A model generated the notes under the pieces. It saw only the letters and a list, made by a program, of their open reading frames with translations, was not told where the DNA came from and did no database searches. Positions 55,707 to 64,000 of a stretch of DNA of 64,000 nt are shown here, piece by piece (the stretch's first letter is position 1; every line of letters starts with the position of its first letter). Made by a program: the position numbers and the translations under genes. Where the stretch lies: IMG/VR virus record IMGVR_UViG_3300027969_002881, positions 32,001 through 96,000 of that record. The stretch is one strand, 5' to 3'. The DNA comes from a virus.

Positions 55707-57124
55707 GAATTTATTCTTTCATGAAGATACTTAATAAAATCTTCTGTCGTTTTATCAGTTTTATACAATGTCAATAAATGCTCTCTATTATGTACAAGAA
55801 TATCTTCCATACTCCAATACCAGTCATGTAATTGTTCTTTACTCATGCTACATATTTTTTTAATTTGCTCATAGACCATGGCAACTCTTTTACTAGTATC
55901 CTGTTCTACATCATAACTTTCGTCAATGAAACCGCTGAATGTCTTAAAACCCATTTCTCTTAACAGTTGTAATGCTCCGGGAAATGATACAAACAAGAAT
56001 GGCAAATAATTTGCTATAGGTTTGCATATTTTTTCAGTGACTGATTTGTAGGGTCCGTCGGTATACGTTTCTGTACAGATATAAAAATAAGCATTGTTAT
56101 ATGAAGTGACCTGTGTGTCAGTCCAAGAACTAACGCTATTGAACGTATCAGTGGGTTCATCATTGAGTGACTTTGGTAATCGATTAAGTAGACGTTTTAA
56201 TTTTTCTTCAGTTAAATTGAATCCATACTTGTTGTTGAATTCACTGAGTATAGTGTCATAATATTTAAAATCTGACAACCAGCTCCAATCGCCAATATCT
56301 AATAGATTATCTTCATTCATTGCTAGGGCAAGAGCTACTCGATGTTCTCTGGATCTTCTTATTTTAAACAAGAATGAATTAGGTCTGATTGTATGTCGTG
56401 ATGAGTCAAATCTTTCTGGGTCAGTTCGGCCTTCTCTTGTTTGCATATAAAAATAGCTGGTATTACTGATGACAAACGGCCAACTTTTAACGATCAACAT
56501 CTGTTCACTGTCAGTGAACCACGACTTATAAACTTCTTCGGCATTAAATGTATTAAAAGCCAGCACGACTTGACTTTTTGGAATACCGCTGTATTCCAAT
56601 GAAGTATGTAAATTTTCATAGCTAGATTTGGAAACAAAGTTCTCTTGTGCATAGTCCAAGACAATTAATGCGCGGCCACTTTTTACATCATCTAACGCAT
56701 CTGCTGACATATATTTCCAAAAGAAATTGCCAGCTATTTTTGTGTTGTTAAAGGCAGCGCCGCAAAAAGCATCTATATGGGGGCTAATTTTTATAGGGTA
56801 TATGTATTTGTTAGTTCGTCTGCGTCCAAAATATAAACTTTCTTCTGTTGCATCAACTAATTCCATACAGGGGCCTTGATTCAAATGAGTGCCTGGTGCT
56901 GTGTTTGGCCACGTACCAAAGCTTTTATCAAACATAAAAGATAATACAGTATCAGTATCTGATCCCATGGGAGATTGTTGTTCAAATATACCACAATCTC
57001 TGATCTTAGTTGTATGCATACTGTGCAAATAATTAACTATTCCTAATTCTGTTTGTAGCGCATTTGCTAGCATTGAATTAGGAAATACATAATCGTAAAA
57101 TAAGGGTAATTGTACTTTATCCAT
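55703..57124 (-). CDS. GT-B/exostosin-like protein, paralog Z
   Basis: RRSREHR, YFYICTET, TEKICKPI, MGFKTF...ESYD; start 57124 (alt 57139). Confidence 0.5.
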   Translation of the reverse strand: MDKVQLPLFYDYVFPNSMLANALQTELGIVNYLHSMHTTKIRDCGIFEQQSPMGSDTDTVLSFMFDKSFGTWPNTAPGTHLNQGPCMELVDATEESLYFGRRRTNKYIYPIKISPHIDAFCGAAFNNTKIAGNFFWKYMSADALDDVKSGRALIVLDYAQENFVSKSSYENLHTSLEYSGIPKSQVVLAFNTFNAEEVYKSWFTDSEQMLIVKSWPFVISNTSYFYMQTREGRTDPERFDSSRHTIRPNSFLFKIRRSREHRVALALAMNEDNLLDIGDWSWLSDFKYYDTILSEFNNKYGFNLTEEKLKRLLNRLPKSLNDEPTDTFNSVSSWTDTQVTSYNNAYFYICTETYTDGPYKSVTEKICKPIANYLPFLFVSFPGALQLLREMGFKTFSGFIDESYDVEQDTSKRVAMVYEQIKKICSMSKEQLHDWYWSMEDILVHNREHLLTLYKTDKTTEDFIKYLHERINS

Positions 57125-57890
57125 TGTTAATATATGCATAATCGAATTTTGTTCTAAATTCTTTATTAAACTTGTTTTCCATGTTGATTTGACCCGTATA
57201 ATCGAAATTTCTATTCCACCTGTTTACATTTTTTCTTGTTTTAGTTGTGTTAAATCTAGGAAAAAATTCTTCAATGTATTTAAGATAAACATTCGTACTT
57301 GGGTGCCCGTCAACGTGTTGTATATCTTCCCAAAACGGACTATCGTAATATTGATTTTTCTTTTTCCATTCATCCAGAGTAATATCGACATCCAGTGTGT
57401 TATATATTTCATCAGCCATTGGTTGAATGAAATAACTGACATTGGCAGTGCCGTCGATATAAGCAGAATTGTCTATGCCCATAACTATATGATGTTTAAT
57501 GTTTTTTAATATTTGTTTGATTACTTTAACAGCTATCCAGGATTGATATACTGCCCAATCATCGCTCCACATATTTTTAACAAATTCAACAGTAACAGGA
57601 TCATTGGTATTTTGATTATAAGAATGCAAATCACCTTTTGTTTGCCAATTGGAATTCGGTGGCAGATAACTAAATCTTCCAAACCCAGTTAACATTACAA
57701 TAACAAAATCAGTATCTGGATTAAAGTTATACGTGTGATTAGCTTCTACTATTTTATTCATGATATAAATGTTAGAGCAGCCTGCACGACCATAATTGTA
57801 GTACTCTTCAAAATTTATACCAATTAAATCTGCCCATGTAGCATAAGCATAACTTGTATAACTGCAACCAAAGGCAAAACATCTTTTCAT
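57117..57890 (-). CDS. SGNH-like protein 5
   Basis: AFGCSYT, NYGRAGCSN, DGHP. Confidence 0.6.
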   Translation of the reverse strand: MKRCFAFGCSYTSYAYATWADLIGINFEEYYNYGRAGCSNIYIMNKIVEANHTYNFNPDTDFVIVMLTGFGRFSYLPPNSNWQTKGDLHSYNQNTNDPVTVEFVKNMWSDDWAVYQSWIAVKVIKQILKNIKHHIVMGIDNSAYIDGTANVSYFIQPMADEIYNTLDVDITLDEWKKKNQYYDSPFWEDIQHVDGHPSTNVYLKYIEEFFPRFNTTKTRKNVNRWNRNFDYTGQINMENKFNKEFRTKFDYAYINNG

Positions 57891-58774
57891 ATTAATTTAT
57901 TTACTAAGGGAAATAATATATCTTTACACCACACATCATAGCCTAGCTGACTTGGATGAAAGCCATCCTGTGCAAAGTATTCTCGATTATATTTAGTTTG
58001 TAAACTTTTTCTATTGTCGTGTGATAATAATATTGCGTCATCTTCAGAAACATCAATGAATTTATGTAAGTATTCAAACATGCCCTGAGATATTGTATTT
58101 GTATGATCAAACTGTTTGTACAAATAATTTACAATTTCATGATCTTTATGTTTAATAATATCTTCATATACATGCTTCATGAAGAATTGATTAATTAGTT
58201 TAATGCCATGTAACTTACAAAAGTTTTGAAGCATAATAATATTCTCTAAACTCGAGTGTGTTTTGCCAACACCATTAACTTCCTTATCCAGCAAATAATG
58301 CTGTTGTACAAAGTCTAAATTAGAGTCACTGCCATTAACAGTTAGATACCATCCACCGGATTTATTGTATTTGAATTCTGATCCGTTTTTGGTATAAAAT
58401 ATACCATCACCTTCTATATGATCATTGGTAAGATTCAAAAACTGATCAGTCATTCCACCGTAGAAGTCGGGCCAATCATTGACCATGCGTTCTATTACTA
58501 AGGGATTATCGACAAACCAAGATTTTCTGCTGGTTCCACTCCACATCACGACAACTAATATTTTATTTTTATTAATGCCTGATTCAATGGCAGATAATAT
58601 AGCAGACATTACACGCTTTTGTATAAGCTCTTGTCCACTACTATTTCGACCTGTGTGATTTGTAGTTAAGTTATGATTTTTTGAACGCAATAACTGTGTA
58701 ATGCCACCTACCCAGCCGTTGTCATCGTCACCGGTACTAAAACTACACCCTCCGGTGATTAAATGCCGAATCAT
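57887..58774 (-). CDS. SGNH-like protein 6
   Basis: TGGCSFS, DGFHPS. Confidence 0.6.
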   Translation of the reverse strand: MIRHLITGGCSFSTGDDDNGWVGGITQLLRSKNHNLTTNHTGRNSSGQELIQKRVMSAILSAIESGINKNKILVVVMWSGTSRKSWFVDNPLVIERMVNDWPDFYGGMTDQFLNLTNDHIEGDGIFYTKNGSEFKYNKSGGWYLTVNGSDSNLDFVQQHYLLDKEVNGVGKTHSSLENIIMLQNFCKLHGIKLINQFFMKHVYEDIIKHKDHEIVNYLYKQFDHTNTISQGMFEYLHKFIDVSEDDAILLSHDNRKSLQTKYNREYFAQDGFHPSQLGYDVWCKDILFPLVNKLI

Positions 58775-59436
58775 ATTAATCTAATATCTCTTAAGAATAA
58801 TTTTATTTTCCTAGCTAGTTCAGCATGTGCTTCTTCGTTGGGGTGATACCCATCTTTACATTTCATATCTTTTTCTGTGCAATAAACATTGAATATAGAT
58901 TTATCATGTCCCAATACAAATTTCTTTGTAGGTAGTAATTTAATTAAATTCTTGTATTGATCTTCAAATGGTTCTCTGTCTAAGTAGCCTTCTAAGAACG
59001 AGTTAACAAATGCATACTGTATATTTCTAGATTCTAGGAAAGATGATACAAAGATTTGTTGCATGTAATATTCCATTAGGCCTTCATAGTCATTATACAT
59101 GTGTTCATACCACACATCTTTCATTTTTTTAAGATATGGTTCGTAAGGATCATGACCCAGTAATACATTTTCCCATATTTTCTTTTCTGGAAAATAAACT
59201 GCTGTGCGTGAAATACCAGTCCAGGAAAACACAACTAATGTTTTTTCGGGATTAGGTATATCAGCATAATCGTTCAGCAAATTTATTATGCTGAGTTTAT
59301 TCGATCCGCCTGGTATACCTCTATTGGTCACTGGCGTTTTCATTAATTCACCTAGTTTGGCAGGCCAGGCGTCGCTGTTTGCTACTCCATCGCCAGCTGT
59401 AAAGCTGTCTCCATATGCATAAATCTTATCGATCAT
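58771..59436 (-). CDS. SGNH-like protein 7
   Basis: AYGDSFTAG, NRGIPGGSN, DGYHPNEEAH. Confidence 0.75.
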   Translation of the reverse strand: MIDKIYAYGDSFTAGDGVANSDAWPAKLGELMKTPVTNRGIPGGSNKLSIINLLNDYADIPNPEKTLVVFSWTGISRTAVYFPEKKIWENVLLGHDPYEPYLKKMKDVWYEHMYNDYEGLMEYYMQQIFVSSFLESRNIQYAFVNSFLEGYLDREPFEDQYKNLIKLLPTKKFVLGHDKSIFNVYCTEKDMKCKDGYHPNEEAHAELARKIKLFLRDIRLI

Positions 59437-60871
59437 TTTCCCTATATACTCCTATTTCGGCAAAAGATATTCCGGATTGCTCGACTAATTTAATAATCTC
59501 ATAATTTTTATTAAGTTCTATACTTTCATACCAATCAGCAATTTCCGGAAAAGTATTAATTATGTTTTTGTTTCTTCTAGCATCATACTGCGAATAGAAA
59601 CTCTTAAAGTCATGAAACAATGCAGACTTATCATGCGTAGTAGATACATGTCCAGTTTGAACAACTTCTAAATAGTCAATTAGTCTTTTGATACTGGCTT
59701 TCTCACCAGCTTCTAAATACTGACTATCTTTGTGTAAATCATACCACGTAGATAGTCTTGATTGAACTTCGTCTTTGAGATCGTTGGGCAATGTAATTGG
59801 ACTCATGTATGCAGGCCAGCGCAGTATGTTTAGATCCAGATAAGGTCTATTATTGCCGTACTTTGCTTTGAGTTCCAGCATATCGTCCATGAACTCAGTG
59901 ATACTGAACAAACACAGATTAGATATCGTCATCATGATTGTGACATTTCTAAATTTAGCATTTTCAATAAAGTTAACCAAGTTACTGCGCCATACTTGAT
60001 AGTCCATGCCATCACGTAGATACTCTGCATGTAAGCCGAAGCTTTCATTACTGGTAAACAAATCAAATTCTCTAACTGGCAGTGTTTTAGTTACTTCAAT
60101 TAATCGTTCCAGTGCCCTAGGGCTTGATCCAAGATTACTGTTAACCGCAAAGCGGATGTCCACGTATTCATGCTGTTGCATTATTTCAATAAAGCGCCAG
60201 AAGTTTTGACTTACTGTGCATTCTCCGCCGGTGATACGTAGCTCTTGTAGGCTCTTAGATAATTCAGGCCACCATTCAAAGAAAGCTTCTACATAAGGAT
60301 TGTCATCTAAATGTTTTCCATATGCTGTACTCCAAGAACCATCAGTTTGGTATGCGCCACCACCACCACCTTGGGCAATAAAATTCTGGTAAGGTCCATT
60401 CTTATTAATGTCCTGACTCCATGCTGTGCTGTAACCTGCGTTACAGTAACTACAAGCAAAATTACATTGTCTATCGAAACTGATCTCTAATGTTTTGAGA
60501 TTAACATCGTCAGCCCAGTTCATGTCCTGGATCTTTTTAATATCTTCTGCGCTGTATATAATACTTTTATTAATACGATCACTGATATTATCTCTGCCAA
60601 TGCCTTCTACTTTCCAACAATAGCCGCACTCTGCTGGCTTTTTGCCTTCCAGCATCATCTTACGCATACGCTTTTTATGATCAGTGTTATGTAATGCGCT
60701 GGGATTATAACTGATTTCACTGACATCAATTGAATGAGGCAAAGGCAAATGACAACTACCTGTATAGCCTGATCCTAAAAAGATACTGGCGTTATACCAT
60801 TTGGCCGCGCAAAAGCTAGGACTGATCGAGTTGAGATTCTCATCTCTCCATTTAATTAAGTCATCAGACAT
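59426..60871 (-). CDS. radical SAM protein 15
   Basis: CNFACSYC, ITGGE; FCAAKW...SCH...CGYC. Confidence 0.92.
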   Translation of the reverse strand: MSDDLIKWRDENLNSISPSFCAAKWYNASIFLGSGYTGSCHLPLPHSIDVSEISYNPSALHNTDHKKRMRKMMLEGKKPAECGYCWKVEGIGRDNISDRINKSIIYSAEDIKKIQDMNWADDVNLKTLEISFDRQCNFACSYCNAGYSTAWSQDINKNGPYQNFIAQGGGGGAYQTDGSWSTAYGKHLDDNPYVEAFFEWWPELSKSLQELRITGGECTVSQNFWRFIEIMQQHEYVDIRFAVNSNLGSSPRALERLIEVTKTLPVREFDLFTSNESFGLHAEYLRDGMDYQVWRSNLVNFIENAKFRNVTIMMTISNLCLFSITEFMDDMLELKAKYGNNRPYLDLNILRWPAYMSPITLPNDLKDEVQSRLSTWYDLHKDSQYLEAGEKASIKRLIDYLEVVQTGHVSTTHDKSALFHDFKSFYSQYDARRNKNIINTFPEIADWYESIELNKNYEIIKLVEQSGISFAEIGVYRENDR

Positions 60872-62441
60872 CTTTGTTAACTACCTTTTGTTTCATCTCT
60901 TTACAGATGTTATAAAATTCTGTGTACTCTGGATATACTTCTAAAAAGTTCGTACCATAGCGACGATCTAAATCATTGACAAAGTCATAGAACTTGGCAC
61001 GATTTAGTGCAAAATCTTTATTGCCTTCCAAATCATTTTTAGAATTGTAAGTGATATTCAAACATACACGCTTGAACTTTTCCAGCTCGAACTCTTCAAA
61101 AGCATGATGCATTTTCCAAGTCTTAACTTGTGTGGTATGATCCGCCATGTAGTTGATACTTGGTATCAAATACTCTTGAATAAGATCTTTACTGGCCCAT
61201 TGTGCATCTAAGAACGTGGGGTTGCGTAAATAAGGTAAGTCAATGCCATTGATACTAGGATGACTTGTAGTCTTTTTATCTCTATCTGTGTACGACTCTC
61301 CTGGCCAAGCAAAGTTAAAACCTGTTTCTTTTTCCCACATTTTTGCAATTGTTGGATTGGGGTTATATTTCTTTCTAAGTTCAAGCTGCCACTCAAATAA
61401 TTTTTGTATGCTGGAAATACTCAGAATGTTAAACGTAACCATTGTGGTAATTCTAATATTGCCCATTTGCATGATTTGTTCGTAACGCTTGCAGAACTTT
61501 TCAAAGTCCAGGCCTGGGCGTAAGTATTCAGCACGTTCACCCCAACCATCGACACTGGTAAAGATAGTTAGTTTCTTAATATAGTTACCACGACTTAAAA
61601 TCTCAGCACGTTCAATGAACTTGTCCCACAACTTATCAGGTACGCCCAAGTTAGTATTAATACTAAGTTCGAGTTCTGGATTCGGATTATCAATAAACCA
61701 ATCCATACTTTTATATGTTTCTTTACTTAACAGTGGCTCGCCACCTGTAATACGAAACACATGTAAGTGTTTGTAAGCTTCAGGCCACCATTTCCAAAAT
61801 GCGTCAATATAAGGATTGAATTCGTTGTTCTTATAACTTAAACTATCTAAGTCGGGTTGCCAGCCCTGTGCCCATACGGTATGATCTGTATTTTCCAACA
61901 ACTTAACTGGACCATTTTGTTTTAGTTCTTCTACCCACTTGCTACTGTACTCAGGGCCACAGTATACGCATTTAAAGTTACATACATTACTAAAGTCTAC
62001 TTCGAGATAGCTTGGGTAAAAGTCTTTGTTAGGATCACTGGCTTGAACTTCATCATGCTTTTCTAATGCCCATGGTTCTAAACTCTTGTAGAATCTATCA
62101 CTGGGACTTTTGTTATCTTCAACACGCCAGCAGTAGTCACATTCACTTGGGCGTTGACCTTCCAACATTTCTTTTCTAGCTTGTTTAAGTATACTGGTAT
62201 TAAACAATGCTCCTGGATTCTTTTGTATTTCTGCCAATGGAATCTTATGTGGCACTGGATGGTGACAACTGTGTGTCATTCCTGTACCCAGGTGCATGGT
62301 AACTTGTGTAAACTTTGCCAAGCAAAAACCTGGACCAGTGCTGTCTAATAGTTCTTTTGTTTTGTCAATATTTGGTCCTGTACGAGCAACTTTATTATCA
62401 TATCCGATATCCCAATTGATATCGCTGAGTTTCTTTTTCAT
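60864..62441 (-). CDS. radical SAM protein 16
   Basis: CNFKCVYC, ITGGEP; FCLAKF...SCHH...CDYC; paralog of 59426..60871. Confidence 0.93.
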   Translation of the reverse strand: MKKKLSDINWDIGYDNKVARTGPNIDKTKELLDSTGPGFCLAKFTQVTMHLGTGMTHSCHHPVPHKIPLAEIQKNPGALFNTSILKQARKEMLEGQRPSECDYCWRVEDNKSPSDRFYKSLEPWALEKHDEVQASDPNKDFYPSYLEVDFSNVCNFKCVYCGPEYSSKWVEELKQNGPVKLLENTDHTVWAQGWQPDLDSLSYKNNEFNPYIDAFWKWWPEAYKHLHVFRITGGEPLLSKETYKSMDWFIDNPNPELELSINTNLGVPDKLWDKFIERAEILSRGNYIKKLTIFTSVDGWGERAEYLRPGLDFEKFCKRYEQIMQMGNIRITTMVTFNILSISSIQKLFEWQLELRKKYNPNPTIAKMWEKETGFNFAWPGESYTDRDKKTTSHPSINGIDLPYLRNPTFLDAQWASKDLIQEYLIPSINYMADHTTQVKTWKMHHAFEEFELEKFKRVCLNITYNSKNDLEGNKDFALNRAKFYDFVNDLDRRYGTNFLEVYPEYTEFYNICKEMKQKVVNKDV

Positions 62442-62450
62442 ATTTTGCCT

Positions 62451-63422
62451 TTAATTTATGCTGTTATCTACTTGGCTCTCTTTGACCAGAGCACCTAACC
62501 TTGGAGGGTTAATAAAACTCTCCTTAAACATTCTACTGCCATTGGCATCCAATTCTGCAACCTCTAAGTTTAATTTTGTTCTTAATTCTTGACCGAATTT
62601 GTAAATTTCTTTTTTTAGTTTTTCAGAATCATAGTTCCAGCCTGTGGCATTACATCTGCCGCCTTCTCCTTTGAACTGGGGTTGAATACTTTCTTTCCAG
62701 AAGTTATCATGCCAGTCAAAGTCTCTACAATCCGTAAAATCAAAACTGTCTTTAGCAAGATTAGTTAAGTAAGCGCCAAGTCTAGTGCCGAACATTGCCC
62801 AGGCGCCGTTCTCCACATCGGCTCCAACACTACTCCAAACTAAGAATCTTTTATAATTGCGTTCATGTACTTGTTCTTTTAAACGTCTAGGGTCAACAGT
62901 TACACCGCCATTAAGCAACAGCTTAACGCCTTCACGAAATCCTGCTCTATATGCTTGATATGCACTGGCATTATTATGTACATCACAGTAAATATTATTC
63001 ATTTGGAAATAATAAATGTCCCAACAGAAATCAACTTTTGCTTTTGGATCATCTGCATTTTCGTGAGTACGCATTTGTTCTACTACATGCTTGGGCCACA
63101 TCTTAATGCCGCCGTTACCGTATACCAATCCGTTGATTGCGTTTTTACCGGCCCAACTGACAATATCATGATGACCAATTTTACTCATATCTAATTCAAG
63201 ACCAAAGAAATCATCACGAACAATGTTATCTGCATCAATGGTAATGAAGCGATCTGTTTCAGCCACTCTTGCGGCTTCCTTGTGTGCATTATCAAACCCC
63301 TTAACACCATGTACACGTTTGGCCCATGGGGCTTTTTCTAATAGGTTTGCATAATTCTTATCTGCATTTGGTTCATCGTAACTTAAAAATACGATATCAA
63401 AACTGGTAATAGGTACTGACAT
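62451..63422 (-). CDS. GT-A-like glycosyltransferase-like protein, paralog D
   Basis: FLSYDEPNADKN, RVHGVKGFDNAH, TIDADN, NGLVYGNGGIK; start reassigned to 63422. Confidence 0.6.
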   Translation of the reverse strand: MSVPITSFDIVFLSYDEPNADKNYANLLEKAPWAKRVHGVKGFDNAHKEAARVAETDRFITIDADNIVRDDFFGLELDMSKIGHHDIVSWAGKNAINGLVYGNGGIKMWPKHVVEQMRTHENADDPKAKVDFCWDIYYFQMNNIYCDVHNNASAYQAYRAGFREGVKLLLNGGVTVDPRRLKEQVHERNYKRFLVWSSVGADVENGAWAMFGTRLGAYLTNLAKDSFDFTDCRDFDWHDNFWKESIQPQFKGEGGRCNATGWNYDSEKLKKEIYKFGQELRTKLNLEVAELDANGSRMFKESFINPPRLGALVKESQVDNSIN

Positions 63423-64000
63423 TTGCGTCCTCAATATGTAAATGGTGATAATTTGAAATTATCTTAACAGGTGTCTTTGATTTTAATGTTAATTCGACTA
63501 GTTTAAAATCATCTAATTCGTTTGTATTTAAAGTTATACTATCTAAAATTTGACTAGGATCATTGCTGTCAAAGACATAAAATGTTATTTCTTTGTCCAA
63601 ATTAAAATTTTGAGTTCCTCTCATAGCACTTTGAATTTGTAGCTTGTTACCCGTTTGTTTATACACTAATAAAGGTTTAAAACCTACTGTTGCAATCGGA
63701 ACGTAATACGGCTCTTTATCTATACTAACCTTAAAGTCATGATTATAATGTAAAAATCCTAGATTGTCAAATTTTATATGTTCATTAGGTAACCATTTGC
63801 AGGGGAAAGTCTGGGCATGATTGGAAAATAGTTCTTTAATGTTTAATTCGAGTGTATCATACAACCTACTGGGCTCTTTTTTGTCTATACAAAAAATTTC
63901 CATTTTATCAGGCATGTTTTCCAATTGAAATTCTGTTGTGTTTTCTTTTGTATATTCTTGCTTAAAATTATCATAGATAAAATTAACGTTGATCTTTTTA
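63397..64000 (-). CDS. hypothetical protein, 5'-truncated by window edge
   Basis: frame stays open upstream of the track's TTG 63924 to the window end (KKINVNFIYDNF...). Confidence 0.75.
   Translation of the reverse strand, partial: KKINVNFIYDNFKQEYTKENTTEFQLENMPDKMEIFCIDKKEPSRLYDTLELNIKELFSNHAQTFPCKWLPNEHIKFDNLGFLHYNHDFKVSIDKEPYYVPIATVGFKPLLVYKQTGNKLQIQSAMRGTQNFNLDKEITFYVFDSNDPSQILDSITLNTNELDDFKLVELTLKSKTPVKIISNYHHLHIEDANVSTYYQF

Noticed and set aside
2897-63356. Numerous 60-160 aa opposite-strand or alternative-frame ORFs in the track (e.g. 2897..3367, 8784..9008, 20356..20586, 45007..45417)
   Set aside because: Nested in motif-supported genes, with no RBS or recognisable domains
1-64000. 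Stop-codon reassignment, as seen in some large phages (TAG is scarce among the gene ends I checked)
   Set aside because: Genes are full-length and tightly coupled under code 11; no systematic in-frame stops; scarce TAG is normal for AT-rich phages
1-64000. tRNA, rRNA, intron, intein or transposase
   Set aside because: Intergenic gaps are too short for such RNAs and no cloverleaf, splice or intein motifs were seen

Overview
AT-rich, gene-dense segment that reads as part of a large lytic dsDNA phage genome. Supporting evidence: T4-type late promoters (T)ATAAATA, a run of near-consensus sigma70 promoters driving small hypothetical genes, thyX, a MoxR AAA+/VWA pair and no host housekeeping operons. 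No capsid or tail genes lie in the window, so the phage identity is inferred. Four blocks: (1) 1-9.2 kb (+): small genes, then a tightly coupled operon resembling a biosynthetic cluster (two PP-loop/AANH enzymes, cytochrome P450, P-loop protein, Bug/TctC solute-binding protein, FabD-like acyltransferase, PhyH dioxygenase). (2) 9.2-16.5 kb (+): early/host-takeover-type small genes behind seven copies of a TTGACACAAA-N13-TA(T/C/A)AAT promoter, including an unannotated ArfA-like peptide, then AAA+/VWA and thyX. (3) 16.5-41.4 kb (mostly -): a dense radical SAM array mixed with SGNH-like proteins, 2OG-Fe(II) oxygenases, a methyltransferase, an SDR and a nitroreductase. (4) 41.4-64 kb (-): glycosyltransferase-like paralogs, a carbamoyltransferase, a minimal ThDP E1 alpha/beta pair, NDP-sugar SDRs, an FkbM-RmlC fusion and two more radical SAMs. 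In total the window carries 16 CxxxCxxC radical SAM genes, 7 SGNH-like and 7 GT-like genes. Best candidate novel systems: the radical SAM/glycan-tailoring complex and the P450-FabD-AANH operon. No tRNA, rRNA, CRISPR array or mobile element was recognised. All calls come from motif reading; no database searches were run.
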